From positions 2,802,024 through 2,866,023 of the forward strand of contig JAEAOA010001935.1 of NCBI GenBank assembly GCA_016746295.1: DNA of 64,000 bases, read 5' to 3'. Made by a program: the position numbers and the translations under genes. A model generated the notes under the pieces. The model was not told the DNA's origin, ran no database searches, and was given only the letters and a program-made list of their open reading frames with translations. Origin of the DNA: Potamilus streckersoni. Lineage: Eukaryota. How positions within the stretch are numbered: the first letter of the stretch is position 1; every line of letters begins with the position of its first letter. This document shows, piece by piece, positions 1-12,008 of the stretch.

Positions 1-409
1 TTTCTTTTCAATTGGTTTAAAATAAAGTTTGGGAAATTGGGGAAATATGCTTTTCTTGTAAGTTTATCACACACACACCCAGGTTCTGAGTAAATCTCAT
101 CAGGTGAGATAATAACAAATTGGCTTTCTTATCTGAGACAATAATAAAATTATGAATAGAGGAGTCATTAAGATAACTGAAAGAAACAAAATGTAGCAAT
201 AAAATAAATTGTTTTTCAATCAGAATTAATTATGAACGCATCATATTCTACTTTAGTATCCTAAATAATATTTTATTTGATTATACTTTTTAATGCCAAA
301 ACTTGATAATCTTGTTCTATGGAATGTTGTTAGTTAAGATGATATCTTTCACATCTGAACAATATTCACTTAAAATGACATTATTTTATTGTAAATCTGT
401 TGTCTTTAG

Positions 410-584
410 AACCAGTGTTTGCATTTGTGAAGACATTGACTGGGAAGACTATAAGAGTGCAAGTTGAGACTGTGTGGCAACTAAAAGAGGCCATTATGGA
501 CAAGGAGGGAATCCCAGAGGACCAACAGAGGCTTGTTGCTGCTGGAAAACAACTGACAGATGACATGCTTATTGAGGACTTGGG
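410..584 (+). CDS. Internal coding exon (partial gene) encoding the N-terminal two-thirds of a ubiquitin/NEDD8-like domain (…[58 protein letters not shown])
   Basis: Acceptor tctttAG at 408-409 and donor GG|GTAAGG at 585. The translation aligns motif-for-motif with ubiquitin ([10 protein letters not shown]…KEGIP.DQQRL..AGKQL.D). The exon begins in phase 1, so upstream exon(s) lie outside or earlier in the window. Confidence 0.6.
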
Positions 585-1762
585 TAAGGTCTTCATCTGA
601 ATTAAAACTTGACTTGCTCTGCATGATGTATAGTATGACATTTCACTAATATTAATTAATCTCAGTGCTTCAGATATTATAATCAAGTGTGCTGTTTAGT
701 GGAGAAACATCTTATCATTGCAAGAACAAATTATTAATCTTGTACTGAGGAGATGTGCTTTGAGTTAAAACTTTTGTTCCCTATGCAAGTTGTTGGTTAG
801 TTTTCAGATCTTGCTTTATTTTTCTAATCCACATCCCACTCCATGATCTCAGAAGTTAAGTTGGCAGTTGCTGCCTAATTTTTCCTAAATCTTACGGTTT
901 AGTACTTTTAGTTCTTTGATCTTTAGTCTTGTTTGGAAGAAAGTTTGTTATTATATACCTACCATAGAGTAACCAATCATAATGTTTCATTTGATTGCTA
1001 CCCAAACCTCTACTGTAACAGATTATGAAAAATTAAGTCATTTTGAAATATGAACTGTATAATAACTGTTATTAAATAGTGATCTATATATTTTGAATTT
1101 TTATTATACTCGTCCATGTTGTATTGAAAAATCTGCATAAGTATTGTTGATCATCTGCAATACATTTTTTTCTGCATTAATTCATGCAATAAAAGTCAGT
1201 AATGTATAGATCACTGTATAATAACAGGATGAGCATTGCTTTAAAACCTCTCAGTCACTCTGTATGCAATTTCTGTGCTTTGTTAGATTACAAGATGTGA
1301 CCTGATGCAGTTATCTTCACTTGAATGATGTCACATAACAGTAAACCACCCTAATTCAAGAAATGCAATGCAGCTGGCAATTTTAGACAGTATAAATTTT
1401 CAGGAATTTATAAACTATAAATTCTAATTTTGAATTGACTTATGCAAAAAGCATACAAACTAATAACTCTCCATATTTGACCTTTAAAGATATACTTGCA
1501 CTATTTGATGATAAAAAAATAATCTTCATGATTTATTTCTTGTGAGTTAAGAGCAACAGTTACTCATTTCATAGAGCACTGGACTTACAATCCAGTGGTC
1601 ACAGATTTGACCAGGCTGAGTCCACTTTCTTGATGTGTCCTTGGGTATGACACTGACCTTCCTCTTTCTTGAGCATGATACAGCCAATAATGTGTTAAAA
1701 GTGCCTTTAACAAAACCAAATAAGCCCCTACATCTTATCTATTTACTTTCTATTATTTCCAG

Positions 1763-1830
1763 GATATGAACCAACCATACATCTCGTACTTCGTCTGAGG
1801 GGAGGACCAGGTGAAATCCAGAGTAGTAAG
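1763..1830 (+). CDS. Coding exon completing the ubiquitin-like domain (G|YEPTIHLVLRLRGGPGEIQSSK)
   Basis: Acceptor tattatttccAG at 1761-1762 and donor AAG|GTATAG at 1831. Joining the GG at the end of exon 410-584 to this exon restores a continuous Ubl ending in the ubiquitin C-terminal signature HLVLRLRGG. Here it is followed by Pro, so the protein is likely a non-cleavable Ubl fusion. Confidence 0.55.
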
Positions 1831-3439
1831 GTATAGATACTTCTGTGTAACTTTTTCATGTGGGCAAGAATCATGTTTCCAGTTGGGCTCACATGGTTTC
1901 GATCATTTTATCTTCTGTAGTTGATATAATCCATATACATGCCTTAATAAATGTATACCTCCATATTTTCATCAAAACTTGCATTGTTGCAGGAGAATGG
2001 CTGCTTAAAACTACCTAGTTCATACTTATTTTGAATGCCAGGTGTCTTGTTACCACTTAAATTTGTTTCAAAAATGTCTTGTTGTGCATTATTTAGCATG
2101 ACCATACTGGACAAGAGAATTCTTCTCCATAGTGGAGAGCTCCTAATTTGGACAAAAGGAGCAAACTCTTTTATTAATAACATACATGTAATGAAGACAT
2201 TGTTATTAATCCGAGAAACTCTTGAGAAATTCATATTGGATCCTTTGTATAAGAAGCATTATCATGGGATTAAATTGATCGTGCAAATTAAAGAATCTAT
2301 ATAGGGTTAACTACAAATAAAATCCTTCTTGAAATATGATACTTGGAATTCAGAGAGCCATTTTTAAGTAGATAAAAAAAATATAATAGTAATGCAAATA
2401 CTGTATACGTGGGAATAGTTACATAATAAAAAGTTATGAGAAAGTTGTGGGTTTTTCTATCAGACAACTTTTTTTTTATTTATCAAGTGTATAGTATTAC
2501 CCTTGTCAGTAAATACTTTTAGTTTAGTTTTTCTTTACTTTTGTAGGCATTGTGATGGGGCATTGATGTACAATCAAACTCATTTTGTCTCTCTATCATA
2601 CATGCAAGTAGTGTAGTGGAGGTGGTGGCTAGCTTTTGTCTTCTCAACAGGGTACGCAAGAGCCATCATGGTTTTCTGGCAGAAATGATTGAGAGTCACA
2701 CAAGGCCAAAAGGATTATTATATATTACTATATGCTTACTTAATTTAAAGCAATCATTTAATGACTTTATATCTTTTGTTCTGTAGCTTGTTGTCTTCTC
2801 AACAAGGTACACTAGAACCAGAGATACTGCCAGTCTGATTGGAGTTATTTATCAAAATTATTAAAAATTATGCAATCAAAAACTAATCAGGATAAAGATC
2901 ATGCAGATCACCTGCATTTCCCATGATTTTGACATATCCGATGTATGTTTTGTTTTATTGTTTGCAATTAAGATTTATTAAATGATTTTTGTTTGATCAT
3001 ATACATAACATAGAATAAGAGTTTGAATATAAGCACCTTTATGATCAAGATCTATTGTGTTGCAGAAACTATTGAGGGATTTAGATTGAATTGGCTCTAT
3101 GAGGGGTATAGTAAACTGAGCCATTTATCAGCCATTATAGAAATAGCTATCATGAAAAATCAGTGAGTTATGTTGAAATAAATGATAACTGATTTCTTTA
3201 GGAATGTGAAGGAGGTAAATCATCTTCTGAGGATGAAATGATGGGGGGGGGACAAAAGGTCTGATATTCTGGTGCAAACTGAACATAGAGCAGAATGCAG
3301 TGCTACAGATGTAGCTGGCCTTATAATAGATGCAATACATGGACATAAATATTATTTAAACAACATGAATGAATTGTGTAAAATTATGCTTGGATATCCT
3401 GAAGACCATTTCCTTGAATTATTCAGTACATTGGTTTTG

Positions 3440-3612
3440 CCTTTATAAACAGAGAGGGGATTCAGATCTCAAAGCAGAATTCACACTGCTCGGAGAAGAA
3501 GTCCTGCATCTAAAATAATAAATAAACTGAGGAGCAGTCCTGCATCTAAAATAGTAAATAAACTGAGGAGCAGTCCTGCATCTAAAATAGTAATTAAACT
3601 GATGACTATATA
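3440..3612. repeat. 40-bp minisatellite (ctgaggagcagtcctgcatctaaaatagtaaataaa), about 4 copies
   Basis: Direct tandem copies are visible in the sequence. The six-frame ORF 3443..3643(-) is its translation. Confidence 0.8.
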
Positions 3613-3704
3613 GATGTGGTGGAGTCCAGCATAAAATTTTCAATTTGCCTTTGAAGAAGTGATAAAAAATGTGTAATAATATTTACCAGCTGAGCAAGCT
3701 GTAT

Positions 3705-6700
3705 TAGGTATGCTGATTATAAGCTAGGCATGCATACACCCTATATATAGGTTGTCAGAGAGGTGTTACAAAATCATTAATTCCTGTTATAAATTGGGTA
3801 TGTAGATACCCTTTGCATTGGTTGTCAGAGAAGTGTTACAAAGTCATCAAATTCTGTTATAAATTGGGTATGTAGATACCCTTTGCATATGTTGTCAGAG
3901 AAGTGTTACAAAGTCATAAATTCATGTTACAAATTGGGTATGTACATACCCTTTGCATATAATGTCAGAGAAGTGTTAGGGGCCCCGAGTGGCCAAGTGG
4001 TCTAAAGCGATGTCCGTTACGGATCACTGCCATCTCACCTCTGTCTTCGTGGGTTCGAGTCTAAGATTCGGCGAATGTGGATATGTGAGAAAGCTTGCCA
4101 GTAGCTTCTCGTGGGGCGGTGGTTCTTTCTGGTGATTTTCTGGTTTCTTCCTCCACCATTAATACTGGCCGCCATGAATAGCCTATCGTGTGCTGAAAAA
4201 TGGCGTTAAGTTCAACAACAACAACAACATCAGAGAAGTGTTACAGTCATCAATTCCTGTTATAAATTGGGTATGTAGATACCCTTTGCATTGGTTGTCA
4301 GAGAAGGGTTACAAAGTCATCAATTCCTGTTATAAATTGGGTATGTAGATACCCTTTGCATTGGTTGTCAGAGAAGGGTTACAAAGTCATCAATTCCTGT
4401 TATAAATTGGGAATGTAGATACCCTTTGCATTGGTTGTCAGAGAAGGGTTACAAAGTCATCAATTCCTGTTAAAAAATGGGTATGTAGATACCGTTTGCA
4501 TATGTTGTCAGAGAAGTGTTACAAAGTCATCAATTCTTGTTATAAATTGTGCATGTAGATACCCTTTGCATTGGTTGTTTGAGAAGTGTTACAAAGTCAT
4601 CAGTTCCTGTTATAAATTGGGTATGTAGATACCCTTTGCATTGGTTGTCAGAGAAGTGTTACAAAGTCATCAGTTCCTGTTATAAATTGGGTGTGTATAT
4701 ACCCTTTGCATTGGTTGTCAGAGAAGTGTTACAAAGTCATCAATTTCTGTTATAAATTGGGTATGTAGATGCACTTTGCATATGTTGTCAGAGAAGTGTT
4801 ACAAAGTCATCAATTCCTGTTATAAATTGGGAATGTAGATACCCTTTGCATATGTTGTTAGAGAAGTGTTAAAAGTCATCAATTTCTGTTATAAATTGGG
4901 TATGTAGATACCCTTTGCATTGGTTGTCAGAGAAATGTTACAAAGTCATCAATTCCTGTTATAAATTGGGTATGTAGATACCCTTTGCATTGGTTGTCAG
5001 AGAAGTGTTACAAAGTCATCAATTCCTGTTATAAATTGGGTATGTAGATACACTTTGCATATGTTGTTAGAGAAGTGTTAAAAGTCATCAATTCCTGTTA
5101 TAAATTGGGTATGTAGATACACTTTGCATATGTTGTTAGAGAAGTGTTAAAAGTCATCAATTCCTGTTATAAATTGGGTATGTAGATACACTTTGCATAT
5201 GTTGTTAGAGAAGTGTTGAAAGTCATCAATTCCTGTTATAAATTGGGTATGTAGATACACTTTGCATATGTTGTTAGAGAAGTGTTAAAAGTCATCAATT
5301 CCTGTTATAAATTGGGTATGTAGATACACTTTGCATATGTTGTTAGAGAAGTGTTAAAAGTCATCAATTCCTGTTATAAATTGGGTATGTAGATACACTT
5401 TGCATATGTTGTTAGAGAAGTGTTAAAAGTCATCAATTCCTGTTATAAATTGGGTATGTAGATACCCTTTGCATTGGTTGTCAGAGAAATGTTACAAAGT
5501 CATCAGTTCCTGTTATAAATTGGGTATGTAGATACCCTTTGCATTGGTTGTCAGAGAAGTGTTACAAAGTCATCAATTCCTGTTATAAATTGGGAATGTA
5601 GATACCCTTTGCATTGGTTGTCAGAGAAGTGTTACAAAGTCATCAATTCCTGTTATAAATTGGGTATGTAGATACCCTTTGCATTGGTTGTCAGAGAAGT
5701 GTTACAAAGTCATCAATTCCTGTTATAAATTGGGTATGTAGATACCCTTTGCATTGGTTGTCAGAGAAGGGTTACAAAGTCATCTGTTCCTGTTATAAAT
5801 TGGGTATGTAGATACACTTTGCATATGTTGTTAGAGAAGTGTTAAAAGTCATCAATTCCTGTTATAAATTGGGTATGTAGATACCCTTTGCATTGGTTGT
5901 CAGAGAAGTGTTACAAAGTCATCAATTCCTGTTATAAATTGGGAATGTAGATACCTTTTGCATTGGTTGTCAGAGAAATGTTACAAAGTCATCAATTCCT
6001 GTTATAAATTGGGTATGTAGATACCCTTTGCATTGGTTGTCAGAGAAGGGTTACAAAGTCATCAGTTCCTGTTATAAATTGGGTATGTAGATACCCTTTG
6101 CATTGGTTGTCAGAGAAGGGTTACAAAGTCATCAATTCCTGTTATAAATTGGGTATGTAGATACCCTTTGCATTGGTTGTCAGAGAAGGGTTACAAAGTC
6201 ATCAATTCCTGTTATAAATTGGGTATGTAGATACCCTTTGCATTGGTTGTCAGAGAAGTGTTACAAAGTCATCAGTTCCTGTTATAAATTGGGTATGTAG
6301 ATACCCTTTGCATTGGTTGTCAGAGAAGTGTTACAAAGTCATCAATTCCTGTTATAAATTGGGAATGTAGATACCCTTTGCATTGGTTGTCAGAGAAGTG
6401 TTACAAAGTCATCAATTCCTGTTATAAATTGGGAATGTAGATACCCTTTGCATTGGTTGTCAGAGAAGTGTTACAAAGTCATCAATTCCTGTTATAAATT
6501 GGGTATGTAGATACCCTTTGCATTGGTTGTCAGAGAAGTGTTACAAAGTCATCAATTCCTGTTATAAATTGGGTATGTAGATACCCTTTGCATTGGTTGT
6601 CAGAGAAGTGTTACAAAGTCATCAGTTCCTGTTATAAATTGGGTATGTAGATACCCTTTGCATTGGTTGTCAGAGAAGTGTTACAAAGTCATCAATTCCT

Positions 6701-6728
6701 GTTATAAATTGGGTATGTAGATACCTTA
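3705..6728. repeat. 70-bp satellite array (unit ≈ gataccctttgcattggttgtcagagaagtgttacaaagtcatcaattcctgttataaattgggtatgta), about 40 copies in two subvariants (…ccctttgcattggttgtcagag… and …cactttgcatatgttgttagag…), interrupted by a SINE at 3979-4230
   Basis: Exact 70-bp periodicity (for example 5461 to 5531) over about 3 kb. Two monomer variants occur in blocks, suggesting local homogenisation. Confidence 0.95.
3979..4230 (+). mobile_element. Full-length tRNA-derived SINE (about 250 bp) with an (AAC)n 3' tail, inserted into the 70-bp satellite
   Basis: The 5' end is a tRNA-like head with an A box (GAGTGGCCAAGTGG) and a B box (GGGTTCGAGTC). The body is shared with three other copies in the window (8240-8465 minus strand; 28471-28614; 31319-31458). 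It ends in AACAACAACAACAAC. It is flanked by a 13-bp direct duplication, cagagaagtgtta, of the satellite target, which is the hallmark of LINE-mediated retroposition. Confidence 0.75.
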
Positions 6729-8239
6729 TGATGCTGTCATCCTTCAGTAGTCATTTGGCATTGGAGGTAGGTGTGTGAGATGCCCCCCTCCCTTATAAGA
6801 ATCTTTGAAGAATTTTATTTATCTTTAAACAGAGGATAAAAATATGTTTCTGTAAGAAAGAGTTTTGATGAATTAGTTTTGATTATAAAATATCTACAAT
6901 ACTGGGCAATATATTCATAGTTGGATGAATTAATTACATGTATGATAACAAAAACGTGTCTGACAATAGATGTTTTGCAGTATTTAGATTTGTTTTGTGT
7001 GCTATTTCACAATATGAATATGCAATTTTGTTCTAATTATTCATTTGTTTTAATTAGTTACTACATCGATATACAGTGAATTCCCAATTTTTAATGGTTA
7101 ACCAATTTGTGTGCATTTTATAGTCATTGCAAACCAAGCAAACAAAATTTTTCTGTTGCAACAATAGGACCAATCCTCCTTAAATGTATAAATCAATGAC
7201 CAATTTACATTTTTGTCTTGATGAAAATTAGGTAATGTAAAAAATCTTTTAAATTGCATCAACAAAGCCTTCCAGGTTGGAGTATATATCAAAATCCACT
7301 ATGCATGTGACAATTCATTTATTGCAACTTTACAAATTTTTCTTAGGTAAGTATGTTTCTCCATTCCAAAGGGAGGGAGACATGTTATTTTAGTGGTCCA
7401 TCCATGCATGTACAGTACCTTTTTAAAAAACTGTCCATCCTTGCATGTGCAGTATAAATTTAAAAACCTGTCAGGTACTAAATTTGATATTTAGATATTT
7501 TGAGTGGTTCCCAAGATCTGATTAACTTCTGGTGACTTATTTTTCAGTTTTTATACACATTTCTAAATTTTTTGAGTTTCAACTTGTTGGACAAAATCCT
7601 GTAATCACTATTTAGCAAAAACATGGAGTAGACAAATTAATTTTGATCTTCACATTTATAATTTTGTGTGCATAAAACCTGTTTAGATTTAGAATGCATT
7701 AAAACAATTCATTATTCACACAATTATTTCCATTTTTGACTAGAGACTTTTCACAAAATGCTTTTTAGAACAATATAGCATTCAAATGAAATGTTTGCAG
7801 ATGACTTTGGATTCTTGTGCCTATATACCTATGTACCTGAATTTTTCAGTAATTTTAATTGTTTTGCACTTGGACTTATTTGGTGTGCAATGGAATAATC
7901 TACATATGATATATGTGTTTAAGATTCTGCAAGCAGTGGAGGTTATGCATTATGAGTGGGTGAGGCTGTATCTCCTTAGCATGTAATCCGAGTACCTTTA
8001 TTCATCCACCTAATTTCAGGGAAACCTGTGTTAAGGAACACTTCCATATAAAGAACACCTGCTCATACAAGACAACATATCAGGGTCCCTTCTCTTGTAT
8101 TATGTCGCAGGCATTATGTATTATTAATATTATGGTCTACATGAATTGAATTAGTTGTTTGAGAACTATAAAGCAACAAATACACCTGGTGCAAATCCCC
8201 TTTCTCACCTGTCTTATCAGCCTCTCTTTTTGATGAATT

Positions 8240-8465
8240 TGTTGTCATTGTTTGGGGTTTAACACCGTTTTTCATTACATAATAAGCTATGCATGGCAGC
8301 AAGTATATTGGGTGGAAGAAGAACCTGGAAAAATCCCAGGAAGAACTCCAAACCCATGGGTGGCTACTGGCAAGCTTTCTCACATACCCATGCTGAGACT
8401 TGTATCCATGCTGATAGTTGGTGATCTGCAGTGCCTTACACCAGTTGGCCACCCATTCTTTGTAT
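8240..8465 (-). mobile_element. Diverged copy of the same tRNA-derived SINE family on the minus strand
   Basis: The reverse complement contains tggccaactggtg…gtgagaaagcttgccagtagc…ttcttcttccacc…atagcttattatgtaatgaaaaacggtgttaa, collinear with 3979-4230 at roughly 75-80% identity. ORFs 8114..8500(-) and 8252..8497(+) are translations of this element. Compare VEEEPGKIPGRTPNPWVATGKLSH here with VEEETEKSPERTTDPRETTGKLSH from the copies in the 25-bp satellite. Confidence 0.6.
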
Positions 8466-9128
8466 GCTGTTGTTTTGAACCTTTTTACATAGAGTAACAA
8501 TATTAAGTTACATTTTATGTTAAAAACGTGTATCTTGGAATAACTTAGTTAAGCACTGGGAAGTGCATTTTCTCAAGAGAACAATAATACTTGTCTTTAG
8601 CAATCTATCTGTCGTAAATAGGAGCATTAAAGCATATGATTGAAAATGGAACTAGACAACTGTAATTATACAAGATTAATGGAGAAAGAAAACATTTTTT
8701 TATACCAAAGTTTGTCTAAAAAGTATTGCAATTTACCAATTTTGTCAAAATGGGTATACTGCCTGAAAAAGATACAATGACAGAGAAGGTCATGTGATTA
8801 CTATCAATTTAGTTTGACATCTTGGTTTTGTAAATTCATTATTAATTTATAATAAAAAATATTTAGTTTTTTATAATTTTCTTCCATTTTTGTCCAGATG
8901 TTTACATCGTGTCCTGTTAGTTGCAAATTTTTTATTTAAATCTTTTTAAATGAAAATATGGTATAAGACTACATCAACAAGACATAGGTAAACTTTTATT
9001 TGAACTGCTTAACAGTTATGGCCCTTGTTTGAGTCATAACTTTGACTTTCCATTGTGACATGTGTTGAGGGCATCCATGACACAATTCTTGTTACATTCT
9101 TTAATTTGATCTTTATATTTTTTTCTAG

Positions 9129-11442
9129 GATACAAACCAGCCAAACATTCACAGCGGGGAAATTGAGAAAATATTTACACCTGATTATATTCCTCAGGAG
9201 GAACTTCCCTCTTTCACTACTGTAGACACTGATGGTTATCGCCAATCATTATACCATCCAGATAAAGAAGAAACTGCCAAAGAGAAATGTCCTCCTAGAA
9301 AGAGCACAAGGAAAATGAAGAGTAAACTGGCTATGTCTGCAATTGCCTACAACCAGAAAGACCAGGATAATAAACTGACCTCTTGTTTAGGTGAAGCAAG
9401 AAGATTTAGTCTGCTAGAAATAGGAAAAGAGATTTTTGACACCATGGATGGTAAAGTTTCAGCAGACCAAGTAGATTCTGAGAACAGTGGGAAGATGGAA
9501 GAAATGGGAAAGATTACACCTGGTGAGATGGTTGTTGACATTCCTTCTTGGGAAGGGCAAAACTTTCCCTCTCAGAAAAACATATTTGATACTCACGATA
9601 TTAACCCTGACATCACAGACATGGACTTGGATGGCACGTTCAATTCTATTGGTGCTACTGTTGATGGAGTAATTAATAATACTGATGCTCCTCAGTTCAC
9701 AGCTGTTCCTCTAGGGTATTTATCTAACAATACAGCACATGCTTATTATCTGTCCTCAGTCCCTTCTGAAATATCCTCTTTTATGTCTCCATCATTGGAT
9801 CAGCCTCCAACTGAGAATGGACAAGTTGATGGACTATACAGTGATGTGGTTTCTGGCATCACAGAGATCAACCCACAGTTTGGACAAGAAGACTTTGGCA
9901 GGGTAGTATTGGATGGTCACAGTATTGAATATTGTATGATGAATGATCCAGGCCAACTGTTGAAGCAGCAACCGCAGCAGCATCTGCAAGTTCAGCAGCA
10001 AAATCTACAGTTGCATCAGCTGTTGATGAAATCTCGGGGTTCAGATCATACCATCCAGTTACATAAAGATTCTACTAGCTCAGTCAAGGCAGTAAAAAAT
10101 ATTTTAGAAGAAAATATGCATCCAATGAAAAACATTTATCAACCTGCATTTTTAGATAGTTTGGGCAACAGTGTGACCCCTTCCCAGTCTTACCAACCAA
10201 CGTCTCCTTCTTACAGCCCTACTTCCCCATTCTACTACTCAGCATTATCTCCACAGAAATCTGAGCCTTTTAAGCTAAATCCGGAGCCACAGAAATCTTT
10301 TGCACAAGGCACATTCATCTTGGACCCAAAACCAGGATTGAAAATAAATAGAACTGAAGCAGATCAAATAACTAGCAATGAACCTCATTTGATTGGAAAG
10401 GAAAAATCATCAACACATGCTGAAAAATATAAAGGAATGTACCAAGGACAAGTTCAAATTACAAAAATAAGTTCCATGGGACACTTGGAAACTTACAAAA
10501 AACAAGCAAGTGACTTGCCACAAAAAAAGAAACCATTTGGAGGATCAAGACAGTTTCCTCTGTCAGTATTGGGTCAAGGAGTTCCTAGAAGACATTCTGG
10601 CACAAAGGCTGCAAGAAAATCAGCCTCATATCAACAGTTTATGAGTAGTAAAAGTTCAGTGATATCAGCCTCAGAGGAAGAAGAAGATGAAGAGAACAAA
10701 GTAGATGACAAATTAAAGATGGAAAAACTATGTAAAAGAGATCATGCAGCAGAAGTTTCCAGACAGTCCAGGGGTGGATTTAGAGGTAGAGGTAAACAGA
10801 TCATCTTATCCAAGAGATCAGAGCAGACTACAAGAAGCAGAATTGGGTCTCCTCATAAGAGATCAAGAAGAATTTCAAAAAGTAGTAGTAGCTCTTCAGA
10901 AAGCCAGAGATCCAGGTCTGTGTCTAGAAGTTGGAGCACATCTGCCAGAGTTCTGAAAAGAGATTTTTCACCCGGTGGGAGCAGGTCTCCTAGGAGATGG
11001 AGATACAGGAGCAGATCTCAAGAGCATTTAAGAGATCTTTTACGAAGTAGGAGCAGATCTCGAAGAAGTGTTAGTATGGCCAGCAGTATATATAGAGATA
11101 GGTCTTACAGTAGGAAGAGGAAACGAAGTAGCTCACAAAGTCGAAGCAGGAGGAGATCCAGAATCAGAAGCACTTCAGAAAGGAGATCCAGAGATCTTTC
11201 AGGAAGACAAAGCATATCTGGGATATCTCCAAAGAGACGACACAGGTCTTTGAGCCAGAAAAGGTCATCCTCATTGTCATCAAACCCTTCCCCTGTAGAA
11301 AGGATTACTTCACAGAAAAGGAGAAACGGGGGCAGAACAGAGATTAACAGATCGAGAGGTCAAAGGTCACGGAGCAGAGAAAGAGATCAGAGATCAGATG
11401 ACAAAAGTGCAGTCACTTGGAACCTGAGAATTGGTCATCCAG
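9129..11442 (+). CDS. Large coding exon (771 codons) of a low-complexity SR-related protein. It has an acidic N-terminal part, a Q-rich stretch (QQPQQHLQVQQQNLQLHQLL), a CTD-like SPSYSPTSP motif and about 230 aa of RS/RSRS dipeptide domain.
   Basis: The frame is open from immediately after the acceptor (atttttttctAG at 9127-9128, with the TAG just before it closing the frame upstream) through to a consensus donor CCAG|GTAATA at 11443. The first ATG is at 9315. The dense Arg-Ser dipeptides (RSRSRSRRSVS, SRSRRRSRIRSTSERRSRD) match the RS domains of splicing-related SR proteins. If unspliced, the ORF would run to the stop at 11496-11498. Confidence 0.7.
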
Positions 11443-11784
11443 GTAATATCAGGACAAATAATCATTATATCTGTAGAGTAATTACTGTAGCAAATTAAAC
11501 CAAAATACATGTATATTCATCAATCATCCTTGGCATTTACTTATTGTTATTTCAACATTTACTTATGTTTAGCCATCTCCATTTTGTTTTTCACTACTTT
11601 GACTACATCAGCAGACCTTCCTTTCATCCATTATATTCAGGATCATCCCAAAATTTTGTTTAAGAATATAAAATTTCTAATTTTTAATTTAAGTTTTAAA
11701 AATGACCAAAAAATGCATTTTTATTCATGATGGTTGTGTCAAAGAGCAAAAGTGATCATACATGAATGCTTTCATGTTGCATAC

Positions 11785-12008
11785 CTGATTTTGGGTGTTG
11801 TTCCATACCAGAAAATAAACCACAGTAAGAAATAAACCACAACAATAAGATAAGCAGCAATTTAGTTTCAATCCCAGCATTGACCACTGTAAATGCTGTA
11901 GCATCTCCATTCCCACCAAAGAAATTTACACAAGTGAACTCTGGCATTACTGTACCATATATACAAGCATTAATTACCATCATTAAATTAAATACAGGAT
12001 TGAAGAAA
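11785..12008 (-). CDS. Candidate minus-strand exon encoding a hydrophobic, transmembrane-like segment (…GTVMPEFTCVNFFGGNGDATAFTVVNAGIETKLLLILLLWFISYCGLFSGMEQHPKS)
   Basis: An open frame on the minus strand is bounded by a possible acceptor (ttttttttgagggcacgtaagctgcatgttaAG|, in + coordinates about 12009-12010) and a good donor AATCAG|GTATGC (+ coordinate 11784). The sequence is non-repetitive. No supporting neighbouring exons were found. Confidence 0.2.

Noticed and set aside
381-686. 101-aa ORF on the minus strand overlapping the Ubl exon
   Set aside because: It is the antisense frame of a clearly coding + strand exon. It has no recognisable features of its own.
8114-8500. ORFs 8114..8500(-) and 8252..8497(+), and similar ones at 28435..28635(-) and 31283..31480(-)
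   Set aside because: They lie entirely within SINE copies. The peptide similarity between them (…GKLSH…) reflects shared SINE nucleotide sequence, not a protein family.
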